A DNA stretch of 64,000 nucleotides from Macrostomum lignano (taxonomy: Eukaryota). This document shows, in pieces, positions 38,701 through 50,773 of this stretch. The stretch's first letter is position 1; the number at the start of each line of letters is the position of its first letter. The position numbers were made by a program, and so were the translations under genes. The notes beneath the pieces are model-generated. The model was not told the origin of the DNA. It ran no database searches and saw only the letters and a list, made by a program, of their open reading frames with translations. The stretch lies in the NCBI GenBank assembly GCA_002269645.1, contig NIVC01001348.1, positions 37,663 to 101,662 on the forward strand, written 5' to 3'.

Positions 38701-41700
38701 CCGCCGGAGCCGAAGCCAGAGGAGCCGTTGAGGCCCGGGCTGGGGCCGCACAGGCTGGCGCTAAGCCGGCAGCCGGAGGCGCCCCCGGCCGCAGCGGCGC
38801 CCAGACCGGCCGAGTCACGTTGCCGCCCGGTGTCCAGCGGCAGGTTGAACGAAGCGGACAGGCCGGCGTGGCGCGGGCCGGACCGGGCCCTGGCCGAGCC
38901 GTCCTCGGCGAATTTCACCAGCAGCGGGGCCGGCCACTCAGGTCCCTGGATTGGAGCAAAATGCAAACATGTATTACAAACAGTTAGTACACAGCTCCTC
39001 AGTACACAGACCCTCATACATGAACCCTCAGTACACAGCCCCACAGTACACAGACCCTCAGTACACAGACCCTCAGTACACAGACCCTCATACATGAACC
39101 CTCAGTACACAGCCCCACAGTACACAGACCCTCAGTACACAGACCCTCAGTACACAAACCCTCAGTACACAGACACTCAGTACACAGCCCCACAGTACAC
39201 AGACCCTCAGTACACAGACCCTCAGTACACAGACCCTCAGTACACAGACCCTCAGTACACAGACACTCAGTACACAGACCATCAGTACACAGACCCTCAT
39301 ACATGAACCCTCAGTACACAGACCCTCAGTACACAGACCCTCAGTACATAGACCCTCAGTGCACAGACCCTCAGTACACAGACCCTCAGTGCACAGACCC
39401 TCAGTACACAGACCCTCAGTACACAGACCCTCAGTACACAGACCCTCAGTACACAGACCCTCAGTACACAGACCCTCAGTACACAGACCCTCAGTGCACA
39501 GACCCTCAGTGCACAGACCGTCATAAATGAACCCTGTCTTATCTAATTCTACGAAAAAACGTTTCCCAAATCAGTTAGGAAGTGACCTACAAAAGTGTTT
39601 TGATAGTCCTTCAACTATATTAGAATTCAACTTCGAATTGCCCGATCAAGGCCGGCTAGCGGCATGAAGTATTGCATTAGCAAGGCGGGGAATTTTCATT
39701 TTAAGCACCAAAATTGGCTATTACATCTTGTTTTGGACTTCTAAAAAGCATTTTGATCGGAAGTAATTACACAATTGAATACTAATCGAAAGATTTTCTA
39801 AGGTCAGCATCCGATAGCTACGAACTTTATATATAGATATAGACAATTAATTAAAGTACAGAGAAAACTTTTGAATCGAAGAATTTTCTATTCGAAGATA
39901 GGACAAGCTAGATAGCCTAGCTAAGTCTGCAGTAATATTATATAGAGTTTGTGAGTGCCCATTATTTTCCCACACTTTCATCACATGCTGTTACGAGTAT
40001 TGCGCTGCAGTGAGATAAAAAATTGCAATTGTGAATGTCGTCAGTCAAAGCTTAGTATGCAGTACTTGTGCTCGAAGAGCGCACCCCCTGTCGCTGTCGC
40101 TATTCTCAGCACCCCAAGATGAACAATAGAATATAATATAATGTACAAATAAGAAGCAAGCATATTATTACATCACGTAGGCAAAATTATACAGTAGAAT
40201 ATAATGACGGAACTTTACAGATGATTTAAGAACACTGGTTAATAGGAAGGCGAAACGCTTACACTAGTGGGGCTACACTACACCAGCTGATCAGCGTCCA
40301 GGCCAGCAAACAGGAGGAGGGAGGAGACAATTTCAAGCAATAATGACAGCCCCAGTAAAGTACAATGAGTCAGCCTTCTCTCTCTCTCTCTCGCACACAC
40401 AGACACACCGAGAAGACAAGCTGAGTACAGTCGCATTAGTAAGAGGCGGCTATGGTGGGAAGTCTCACAATGGGTCTGCGCACTGATGAGTGAAACCGGC
40501 CTCCCCCCCGTATTTCTCCCGTAGGCATATAATAAAATAGCTAAAAGCTCCAACTGAGAGCAGAGAGCGAGCGAGACAGGGGAGCTCAGGGGGGGGGGTG
40601 AGCAGAGAACCGCGCTCTGAGCCCAGGTGAGAGGCTCATTTCAGGCATTAAAAAAACCATTGAACCAAACACACACAGAGTTGGTGGGGTAGACTAGGCT
40701 TTGGCTACAAAAAACTGCGGTGGTCCGCGACCTACAGTAGGCTATTAATAGTGAAAATGTACGCTGAGATGACGCAAAGCAGCTGAGGTGATGAAGAGTA
40801 CAGGGAGACACTCAATTTTTCTAAGAGCAGAACTTTGTTCTATTTATCACACATTATAAAATCTGACTCACATTTTTTGGGCCAGCATTAGCGTTTTTTC
40901 TTGCTTTAATTAAACAGCAGTTATCAATCATATAATGCACATTTAAGTTGTTCAGATCTATGAGTTAGCAGGTACAGCCGGTTATAAGGCGAGATGGTCA
41001 GATAATACATTGTAAAGCTTATGTGGATAATATGCGGATATAGATACGTACTTTAATCTTTAAAACCTATATTCTTTTTAACGACCACAATTTATCAAGG
41101 CAATGCAGTAACAGCCCGAGATTCGATTGCAAGCCAGCAAACAACGGAAATGGCATGGCAATGGCGTATAGTTAAAGACAAAGTGTACAATAAAGGTCAC
41201 CGTTATGGCGACTAGCTAAAATTGAATGTTAGTGTAAGAGAATCTCTAGTCTGTTTATAAGCAGAATTCAGGCAAGCAAACCACTATTGATATGAGGTGT
41301 GCAGCAAGCCTACCCTCTCAGATGTTCAGATGAGACACAGCTACCATCTCAGATGTTCAGGTGAGACACAGCTACCATCTCAGATGTTCAGGTGAGACAC
41401 AGCTACCATCTCAGATGTTCAGATGAGACACAGCTACCATCTCAGATGTTCAGGTGAGACACAGCTACCATCTCAGATGTTCAGATGAGACACAGCTACC
41501 ATCTCAGATGTTCAGGTGAGACACAGCTACCATCTCAGATGTTCAGGTGAGACACAGCTACCATCTCAGATGTTCAGGTGAGACACAGCTACCATCTCAG
41601 ATGTTCAGGTGAGACACAGCTAGCTACCATCTTAGATGTTCAGGTGAGACACAGCTACCATCTCAGATGTTCAGGTGAGACACAGCTACCATCTCAGATA

Positions 41701-43606
41701 TTCAGGTGAGACACAGCTACCATCTCAGATGTTCAGGTGAGACACAACTACCATCTCAGATGTTCAGGTGAGACACAGCTACCATCTCAGATGTTCAGGT
41801 GAGACACAGCTACCCTCTCAGATGTTCAGGTGAGACACAGCTACCCTCTCAGATGTTCAGGTGAGACACAGCTACCATCTCAGATGTTCAGGTGAGACAC
41901 AGCTACCATCTCAGATGTTCAGGTGAGACACAGCTACCATCTCAGATGTTTAGGTGAGACACAGCTACCATCTCAGATGCTCAGGTGAGACACAGCTACC
42001 ATCTCAGATGTTCAGATGAGACACAGCTACCATCTCAGATGTTCAGGTGAGACACAGCTACCATCTCAGATGTTCAGATGAGACACAGCTACCATCTCAG
42101 ATGTTCAGGTGAGACACAGCTACCATCTCAGATGTTCAGGTGAGACACAGCTACCATCTCAGATGGTCAGGTGAGACACAGCTACCATCTCAGATGTTCA
42201 GGTGAGACACAGCTACCATCTCAGATGTTCAGGTGAGACACAGCTACCATCTCAGATGTTTAGGTGAGACACAGCTACCCTCTCAGATGTTTAGGTGAGA
42301 CACAGCTACCATCTCAGATGTTTAGGTGAGACACAGCTACCATCTCAGATGTTCAGGTGAGACACAGCTACCCTCTCAGATGTTTAGGTGAGACACAGCT
42401 ACCATCTCAGATGTTTAGGTGAGACACAGCTACCCTCTCAGATGTTTAGGTGAGACACAGCTACCATCTCAGATGTTCAGGTGAGACACAGCTACCATCT
42501 CAGATGTTCAGGTGAGATACAGCTACCATCTCAGATGTTCAGGTGAGACACAGCTAGCTACCATCTCAGATGTTCAGGTGAGACACAGCTACCATCTCAG
42601 ATGTTCAGGTGAGACACAGCTACCATCTCAGATGTTCAGGTGAGACACAGCTACCATCTCAGATGTTCAGGTGAGACACAGCTAACCTCTCAGATGTTCA
42701 GGTGAGACACAGCTACCATCTCAGATGTTCAGGTGAGACACAGCTAGCTACCATCTCAGATGTTCAGGTGAGACACAGCTACCATCTCAGATGTTCAGGT
42801 GAGACACAGCTACCCTCTCAGATGTTCAGGTGAGACACAGCAAACCTCTCAGATGTTCAGGCGGGTCCAACGTTACTCTCTTGGCACTCCAGTCTCACCT
42901 GCAGCCCATTGGTGTTCATGATAGCCCGCTCAGCGTTGCTCTTATCGTCGAAGGTGACGAAGCCGACGCCCTTGGACAGACCCGTGTTGGGGTCTGTCAG
43001 CACCCGGATCTGCACCAGCTTGCCAAACCGAGAGAACAGCGCGTTCAAATCGGCCTCAGTCCAGGTGCGCGGAATTCCTGACACGTACAAATTGCCCGGA
43101 TTGCGCAACGGTAGGGCACCACCGCCGCTGCCGCCGCCGCCTCCGCCACTACCTCCGCCGCCGCCTCCGCTGTGCCGCTCAGCCCGCGGCATCTGCGGCA
43201 GAGGCAGCGGCGAGCCGTCGGGGCCAACGAAGCCGGCGCAGGAGCTGCTGCCGGTGGCGGCGTAGGCAACTCGCAGCTTCTTGTTGCCTAGCCGCATGCC
43301 GTGGAACTCGCCGATGGCCTTCTCGGCGTGCTCCGGGAACAGGAAGTCTACGAAGCCGTAGCAGAGCGAGGCGCCAGTCTGCTTGTCGCGCACCACTTTG
43401 TGAGTGCGAATTGGGCCGACCTTTTCGAATAGGGCGCGCAGATCCTCAGTGTCGAATGTCTGTGGCAGATAATTGATGATTAGGTTAGTGCGGCTGCGGT
43501 CTTCGTGGGACTGCTGCTGCTGCTGATGCTCCTGCTGTGGCTGGCCAGCGCCTCTGCCCAGCTGGGCCTCCAGCATGCCACTTGGCGCCGATTCCTGCTG
43601 CAACAT
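38701..43606 (-). CDS. ELAV/Hu/Sex-lethal-family RNA-binding protein, RRM1+RRM2 (no RRM3 found); ends at TGA 38697-38699 if unspliced or continues into the SDS-like exons
   Basis: Exons 43606-42899 and 38945-38701. RRM1 [12 protein letters not shown]...[13 protein letters not shown]...[13 protein letters not shown]2 [11 protein letters not shown]...[13 protein letters not shown]...NGLQ|[13 protein letters not shown]. Start could also be ATG 43576. Confidence 0.9.
38990..39530. repeat. Intronic minisatellite, 15-bp unit CAGTACACAGACCCT
   Basis: Direct tandem repeat. Confidence 0.95.
41310..42860. repeat. Intronic minisatellite, 31-bp unit TCAGATGTTCAGGTGAGACACAGCTACCATC
   Basis: ~50 copies by length, beginning ~35 nt from the exon 1 donor of the RRM gene. 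Confidence 0.97.
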
Positions 43607-46398
43607 TTTCAAATAGTTATTATTGAACTTATTGCAGCAACTTACTATAACTTGAGACAGATGTTTTAATATTTTTTTCTGGCTTGCTATATGAATAGGT
43701 GCATCCATAGCCATGATAGCTATGATAAAGAAAAAGAAGAAATAGAGGTCAAATAAGATCTTAATATCAGGCGTCAGGATCAATATTTGAGAATTAGACT
43801 TTTTCTTATCTTAGTTTGAAAAAGTGCCAAGATAAGAGATTCTTTCTTTTTAGTAGATTGGTAGAATTGCTTGGCTATAAAAGTTTGTAAAATTTTATAC
43901 AAAACAAATTGTCTTAAATCTAAAAAATTTCAATCTAATCTTGCATTTTGTTGCCAAATAAAATCTTGAAAATTCCAGAAAGTCAATATTTTAAAAACCT
44001 ATTTGCTATTGTTGCTAAGCTTCTAAATGAAATAATTTAATGTGTCTTATAATTATAAAAAATCCAAAGTTTATATAATAAAGTGACAAATAAATGCTTT
44101 AAACTATTTTATTTAAAAAATAACTATATAGATTCAACCTTGTCATATTTGTTTTAATAACAAAGCACTTATATAGCTATTTAGCAAATTATTATATAAA
44201 AAATAGATAACTTTAAAAATTTACAACTTTGTATAAAAGAGAATGAAATATGAAAAATAAAGGAAATGATACCATGATATACTATAAAAATCTACTGGTA
44301 CTATAATATTTTAGATAAATTATAAGCAACTTAGACAATACTTGATACAATGCATTATTCATTTCCTTGATTTTATTAAACCAAAATTCTAAATTTAATA
44401 AATAATTTGGTAGACTAATTTAGACTATATAAATTAGTTTTTTAATTCTTTTCAAAAACAAATGTTCAAATTTATTTCATTATTCAAATCAATTGCTAGT
44501 TGATCTTGGTTTCCAATATAAAAGTAAATAAACATATATGATATAGATAAACATAAATTTCATTTAAGCTACATAATCTATATAACTAAATCTGAATATA
44601 ATAAATACTAAAATGAAAGACAGTTTGTTACAAACTTCTATAAAAAATACGCATCACATCACTGCAATATACTTTATTTGATAAAACGAAGCGCAATATC
44701 GTTGGTAAATTTGCTAGTTTTGATAATAACCGGACTTAAACCTTTTTAGAAAATTAGTTTCTTTATATTTTATTAACACTAACTTGGATCTAGTACTGTA
44801 GTACATTTAGAGGTCGATGACTCGTTTTTAGCGCTTCACAAAGATTCGTTGGAATCAACTAAAATGTTTCTGTTTTTATTAATTATTTACTTTTCATTCA
44901 TAAAATAAGTCATAAGTGTGTTAAACTTTAGCTGTCAAAATTTGCTTTGCCTTATTACTTTGAAAGTACAAGTGCGAAGTTTAAAGCGGAAAAAGTGTAG
45001 TTCGTAGAAAGCGCGATATCTTTTATTTATTTCTTATTTGTATTTCCTACTGCTACTAATTACAACAAATTGTTTAAAAAACACATTTGATAAAGCAGAT
45101 TTTTTTTACTAAAAAGCTAAATATCTCTGTAAGTAGAAATACTTTAATTAATGACTAAAAAGCTGTTTAAAATATAGCCCATGCATTCCGCCATTGACGC
45201 GCTATGTTTCAAATGCTATGCTATCAAAACTCATGAGTCCTACATGTATGTACACAGAGTTTGTTTAGTCTCCTAGGCAAGGACGGATTAAGTGGGTCAG
45301 AAGCCAAGTTTCTCATAATAATTTAGCTGCAGCTGGGAGCTAGTGGTTCTGCGCAAAGAACACAATTAGGATTAAAAGACTATTTTGAGCAAAAACCCAT
45401 TTTAAAAAGCGTGTGGAATGCTCACCTTTAGTAAAAAATATTTTCATTTTTGTAAATTAGATTCCCTGTTGTAGATAAAATTTTGTACCCTACACCCCAA
45501 AAGAGTTATATATTTAGTTGCATATAATATGCTTCAATAAAATTTTCTCCTATTCCGCGGGGTACACGTGCACACTGTACATGCAGTGTACGTCATGATC
45601 GCATCAAAAAATTTACTCGTAATTTACACGAAGTTTCGGCAGGTTCTATTTCAGTCGTCCTTGGACCTTGGTATGCATAATACTTGCTCAATGGCCTGCT
45701 GTAAAACTACCAAGGATCGCTAGAAATTACCGTTATATCGACAGGACGTAACACTATACGTACTACGTAACTGATACAATTACATGTAACGCGGTACTTC
45801 TAGTGGTTCTTGAAAACTACGTGTATGAATTAATGCTATACTAAAGTGCGTATACATTACATCGTCTCTTTGGGTGTATAATCATGCTTTATTTTTGTAT
45901 GCTTTTATTTATTTTACACGTACACGTACACTCATAGATAGCTCTTAAACCATGAAAAATTAATTATAAAGGTATGTCCTACCACATATATAGTACATGA
46001 TGTACCTTTTGAACTGGATATAATAAAATAAAAGAAAACGGAGGCTAAAAGATCGATGGTTAAAAAACAACCATCTTCTAATAAATCTAAATATATATAA
46101 GCAGAAGATTGTATACATACGCGTGCAACTCTTTTAAGAGTCGTCGCTTAATGGAAAGGAATAGAGTGGGAGGATAGGTATCAGGTTCAAGTACACTGAC
46201 CGGTCCAGTAGTGAAAAAGAGAGAATTGGAATAGGATTAGTAATGCAAGTCCCAGCCAACACGATGGGGCGGACGGACGGAAAGATGCAGGCCGGCAGTA
46301 CACACAACAGCTGACAATGGGGAGAGAAATCCGGCCGACTCCGCATCGTACCGCTCTCCGATGGGCATAAAAATGAAGAGTCGGCATTGATTTTGCAG

Positions 46399-47614
46399 CA
46401 ACACTATACATCAGCACTCGTCGCAAAGCAATAGAGCCTATAGAGCGCCTGCGGCCCCCCAATACAGATTGTCAAACAGAGGCAAAAGTGGCAACAAAAA
46501 CACGGCCTTCGAGGTGAGCATTTGGACATTTGGACCGGCGCCTAGAAGATCGACCATCGACCCCGGACGTTATCGACAAGAGGCAGCGAGAGGCTGAGGA
46601 GCGACGCAAGGTAGGAGCCTAGGAGGGCCCTTTTGGGGGCCAGCGTACCCCACCATGTTTTGAAAGAAACTTCCTCAATACCGTCGAGTCGATTTAATCA
46701 GCAATATTTTTAGGACGATCAGATTTTCTGCATAAAAGCTGAATTTGCCTTGATGAGCATTCTATTAGTTAGAGGTACGGGTATATCAAGGTTTAAAGCA
46801 ACTTGAATGACATCAGGTTGAGGGGGCCGTAGCCCAGTGGTCCAGCGCGGCGCTCTGATGTATTCTACCAATGGAGCACGCTCGATTCCAAGTGCAGTCA
46901 CATTCATTTGGGGCTAAATTTGAATTTCGGCTTGGCTCTGCTCGTTTACGCCGTTGAAATCCAAATCCAAGAAGTGTACATGCATAACGATAAATAAAGT
47001 TAGGGCCTGTGTGAGTGTGTACCTGTGCGTATGACTGCGTACGTATCCGCGCACTTGTGTGCCTGCTCAGGTGAGTCGGCGGAATGGGCAGCAATGCCTC
47101 TCGCCGGTTGTGTGACAATGCTGTTTAAAGTGCGCCAGGGTGCACAGAGCCCCTGTGACTCTCATAAAAAATCAGATTGAAAGAATTTCCAGGAACTAAA
47201 GTGTCTAACACCTGACTATTTTTGAAAATTATGAATCAAGGGTTGGCAAACTCCGGCTCACCGCCTGCGAAGCCTCTCTACCCGCCTCTCGGGTCCTTTG
47301 AGACTTCACAAATAGCAATCCGGCCCACTCAAGATTTGTCTCTTCTCAGCTATCTTTTCCTCTCTTCTCCATTTCCTTTATCTCCTATCTGCACTCTCCC
47401 CTCTCTCCGCTAGATTCCATACCTGACCCTTGGGTTAAAACAGTTTGCCGAGCCCCGATCTAAATCATCACAAACGCACCGATCGCGCAATACACACTCG
47501 CAGAAAAATGAAGAAGAGATGCTGCGACGCGTTGCCCAACACAATGTCAAGGTGGAGAAAATGGCCAAAGAGGCTGAGCAGCGGCGTCGAGCTTACGGAC
47601 ACAAAGCTAATTGA
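46399..47614 (+). pseudogene. Stathmin-like (STMND1-like) gene or pseudogene with a frame break
   Basis: NTAFEV is in one frame and RRLEDRPSTPDVIDKRQREAEERRK in another. The donor at 46611 splices in phase 0 to exon 47504-47614 (KNEEEMLRRVAQHNVKVEKMAKEAEQRRR...stop). No start codon located. Confidence 0.5.
46822..47000 (+). mobile_element. tRNA-derived SINE (family B)
   Basis: GTAGCCCAGTGG A box and GCTCGATTCC B box. Shares GCTCGATTCCAAGTGCAGTCACATT..GGCTAAATT..GGCTTGGCTCTGCTCGT with 52098-52287. Confidence 0.75.
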
Positions 47615-47719
47615 TTACTCAATGCAGAACTAGAAGGATTTAGATGATCAATGAATACTAATTAGCTTACAGCTTCTTATACGATCTATAAGTGCTCAGA
47701 GGAAGAGCTCAAAGCTAAT

Positions 47720-50290
47720 AGTTGCACTTATTAGTAACTAAAAAGCAAACTAATTGTGCAAAATAAAAGACACCTGCCCGACCGGAAATAATTGTTCTTT
47801 AAATGCGTCAAATAGCACATAAAAAATGAATTGGGGGGAAACCCAAAATAACTGTCGAAACGACACGAAATTTGTGAGAATCGACAATTGGTGGCACAGC
47901 TTGGCACAAATATAACTATGCCAAGCTGTGCCAATTGGCACATGTGACACAATTAAGAATCAAATTTTTAATTGTGCACTGCTGTGCCACAACTGTGCCA
48001 GTTGTCTCAGCTATTTTTGAGTGCTTATAATTGTGCACAACTGTGCCATAAATGTACCATTTGGCACCATACGAGTAAATGTGCAGCTAGAAGCAGTTAA
48101 CTAGCGCGTACTGTGCCATTTGGCGTAAATTCTCCAGACGAGTGAATTTGCAGTTTAAAGCAGTTGAACTAAGCGCATAATGTTCTATCTGATGCTGTTA
48201 CAGTTGACCCGTTAGTCAACTACGAGTTATGAAGTGTATGAAGTAGCTAACATTTTGCGAGAAGTCCTTCTCATGTTTAAATGAGGGAAGACAAATTGAA
48301 AAGAGTTGTCAATGTAAATTAAACTTTAAAATAATGTCGAGCGCGAACATAAACAGATTAAAACAGTTGGAAAAAGGGATGTTGCATAAATACGTATATA
48401 TTTAATGGGAAGTAGCAAATAGGACAAAAAACATGTATAAAACAGGAAAAAGGGGAGGCTGCGGAATTAAAAAATGCATACTAGAAGTTAACGGAAAGAA
48501 ACATAACAGACAGCGGACATTGGACAGGAAACAAAAAACAACGTAATTAAAAAGCGCGGTGCATGAAAATTGTGGTGCCAGCCAAAGAGTTTACACTTCT
48601 AATACATTTGAAACTAAAACATGCAATGTAACAAATTAACTACTGAGTCGACTACACGTGGCACAGGATTTTAATGTAACAACATGTATACATCTAATGT
48701 ATTAATTTAAAAAGCACAAACAAACAACTAGATAAAAAACAAGCAATTAGTGAAACCAACTCCAATACCTCTGTTCCCCTATACTTTTCTAGTTAGACAA
48801 CAAGTCTGATTCCTGGTGCTATTGTAATTTACGAGTCTGGAACTAACTATAGTAATGTAGTTGGTTACTTTATGTGGGAAAGAGCATATTTCCAGGGGAA
48901 AACAAAACCAGAAACATGAGGGAGACAGACCAAGCTAGACGGGTCCCGCATCTGCCAAACAAGTTTAGTTTTGCTAGATGCAACAGCAGATATCCCGCGC
49001 TCAGTCCTCGCGAGTGCATTAGCCGCCTCCGACTGCACAGTGTCAGTGACATTGGCAGCCGCACCTTGACGAAGTTTCTTTACAGGCAAACGTCCGGATT
49101 GCTTTTCACGCCGACTGACGGTGATGGAGCATCGGACGTAGGCCTTTTCAATCGCTTTCATTGGTTGGGATGTCGATTCCAGCCAGGTAGCAGGCGTGGC
49201 CGACCAGGCTCAGTAGCGCGACCGCTCAACGACGTTACCAAAATCTCATCGTCGCTGAAGCACCCCCGCACCATCTCGCGGAGAAGTGCATTGAGGTTGG
49301 CTGGAGTCGTTGGTTCTTGATATATCCTTACTGGCCGTGACCCTGGTCCGAGCGACGTTGGACGTAAAGGCGAAACCGATTGGCTGCAGAGGTGTTTTTT
49401 AAGGATTGAAGAGCGTTTGAGAGTAACAATAGGATATTTGCGCGATCATAAATGAAGGACTATTAATTTCTTACCGTAGTATAATTTCTTTCCATTGTCG
49501 TCGACCAGCATGTTGTCAACTGTGACGGCTGGGTCCACGAGCTGATCTAGATGGACGGCGAGATGCTGCGTGATCTGCTGCTTTAGTTCTTTTGTAATGG
49601 CGTCAATCAAACGCAGTTGCGCCATTTTCGAGCGTCTGAGCAGATCATGCCGCAAGTTGGGAGTGAAAACCTGCCGGTCATCTGCCAAAATCGAAGCTAC
49701 TGACGTCGCAGCCTCAGTGCAAGTTGCACCGGGTGTGCGTCAAACAGTTTTGTTAGGTAATTAGTAATAAAAAAGGTTATTTGAGCCAAGTGTGCCAAGA
49801 AGGACAAAGACATATAACTGTGCCAAATGTCATTGCTGTGACACAACTGGTACAATTGTAGCAAGTGTGCCAAGTGTGCCAGTCTGTTTTAATAACCAAT
49901 TAGCTATAAAAAGGATATTCGTGCCAAGTGTGCCAAGAAGGACAGTCCAAGACAGTTATATAACTGTGCTAAATGGTATAGCTGTGGCACAACTGGCACA
50001 ATTGTAGCAAGTGTGCCAAGTGTGCCAATTGGTTTCATTGGCCAATTAGCAGTAAAAATACTATTTGTGTCAAGGGTGCCAAATAGGACATACATCGACA
50101 TTTACAAACTGTGCCAAATGGCATAGCTACGGCACAATTGGTACAATTGTATCAAGTGTGCCAAATATGACATACAAAGACATTTATAACTCTGTCAAAG
50201 GGCATATTTGTGGCACAACTGGCACACTTACTGTTTTTGAAAGGACAAATATTTTCGGTCGGGTGATCCGATGTAGTTTTTGATGCTTAG
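47720..50290. mobile_element. Degenerate DNA-transposon-like element with inverted ends carrying TGTGCCAA/TTGGCACA subrepeats and a decayed internal ORF
   Basis: CCCGACCGGAAATAATTGTTCTTTAAA (47777-47803) is the imperfect inverse of 50238-50263. Subterminal motif clusters lie at 47890-48120 and 49790-50225. Broken minus-strand ORFs span 48865-49690. Confidence 0.55.
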
Positions 50291-50773
50291 ATTAACATTA
50301 GATATAAAAGTACATGTAATACACCTCACAGCCTAGTCTATAAGACAGATAAAACACTGCACAGTTATATACGACCATGTTATTATCCGGGACTGTTTAA
50401 CCAGAAATAAACTGTCAGAAAATATTTTCAAGCTTGATTTATTATGAATTATTTTTATTAACAAAAACAATTTCACACCGTTACTTTCCGACTATTGCAT
50501 TTTAATGCTATTGAATTGCCAGTAACCAGGTACAAACTGATACCAAGGACCACTAGAAGTCACCGTTGAATTCATACTTTAGCACTAAATTATCTATACT
50601 AGTATAACTCACCTGTCTTACCTGGTATCTGTTCGATTAGAGGTTCGAATGACAAGTTATTCGAATTAGAATATTAAATATGATTTTTCTTAAAACTTTA
50701 GATTAGCTATACAGAACGCCAGTGTAAAGTCCTGACGATACAAAATAACTTCTAGTAGTCCTTAACTATTAAA

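Noticed and set aside
40270-40760. GA-rich, promoter-like stretch inside RRM intron 1
   Set aside because: No exon, ORF or splice pair could be supported.
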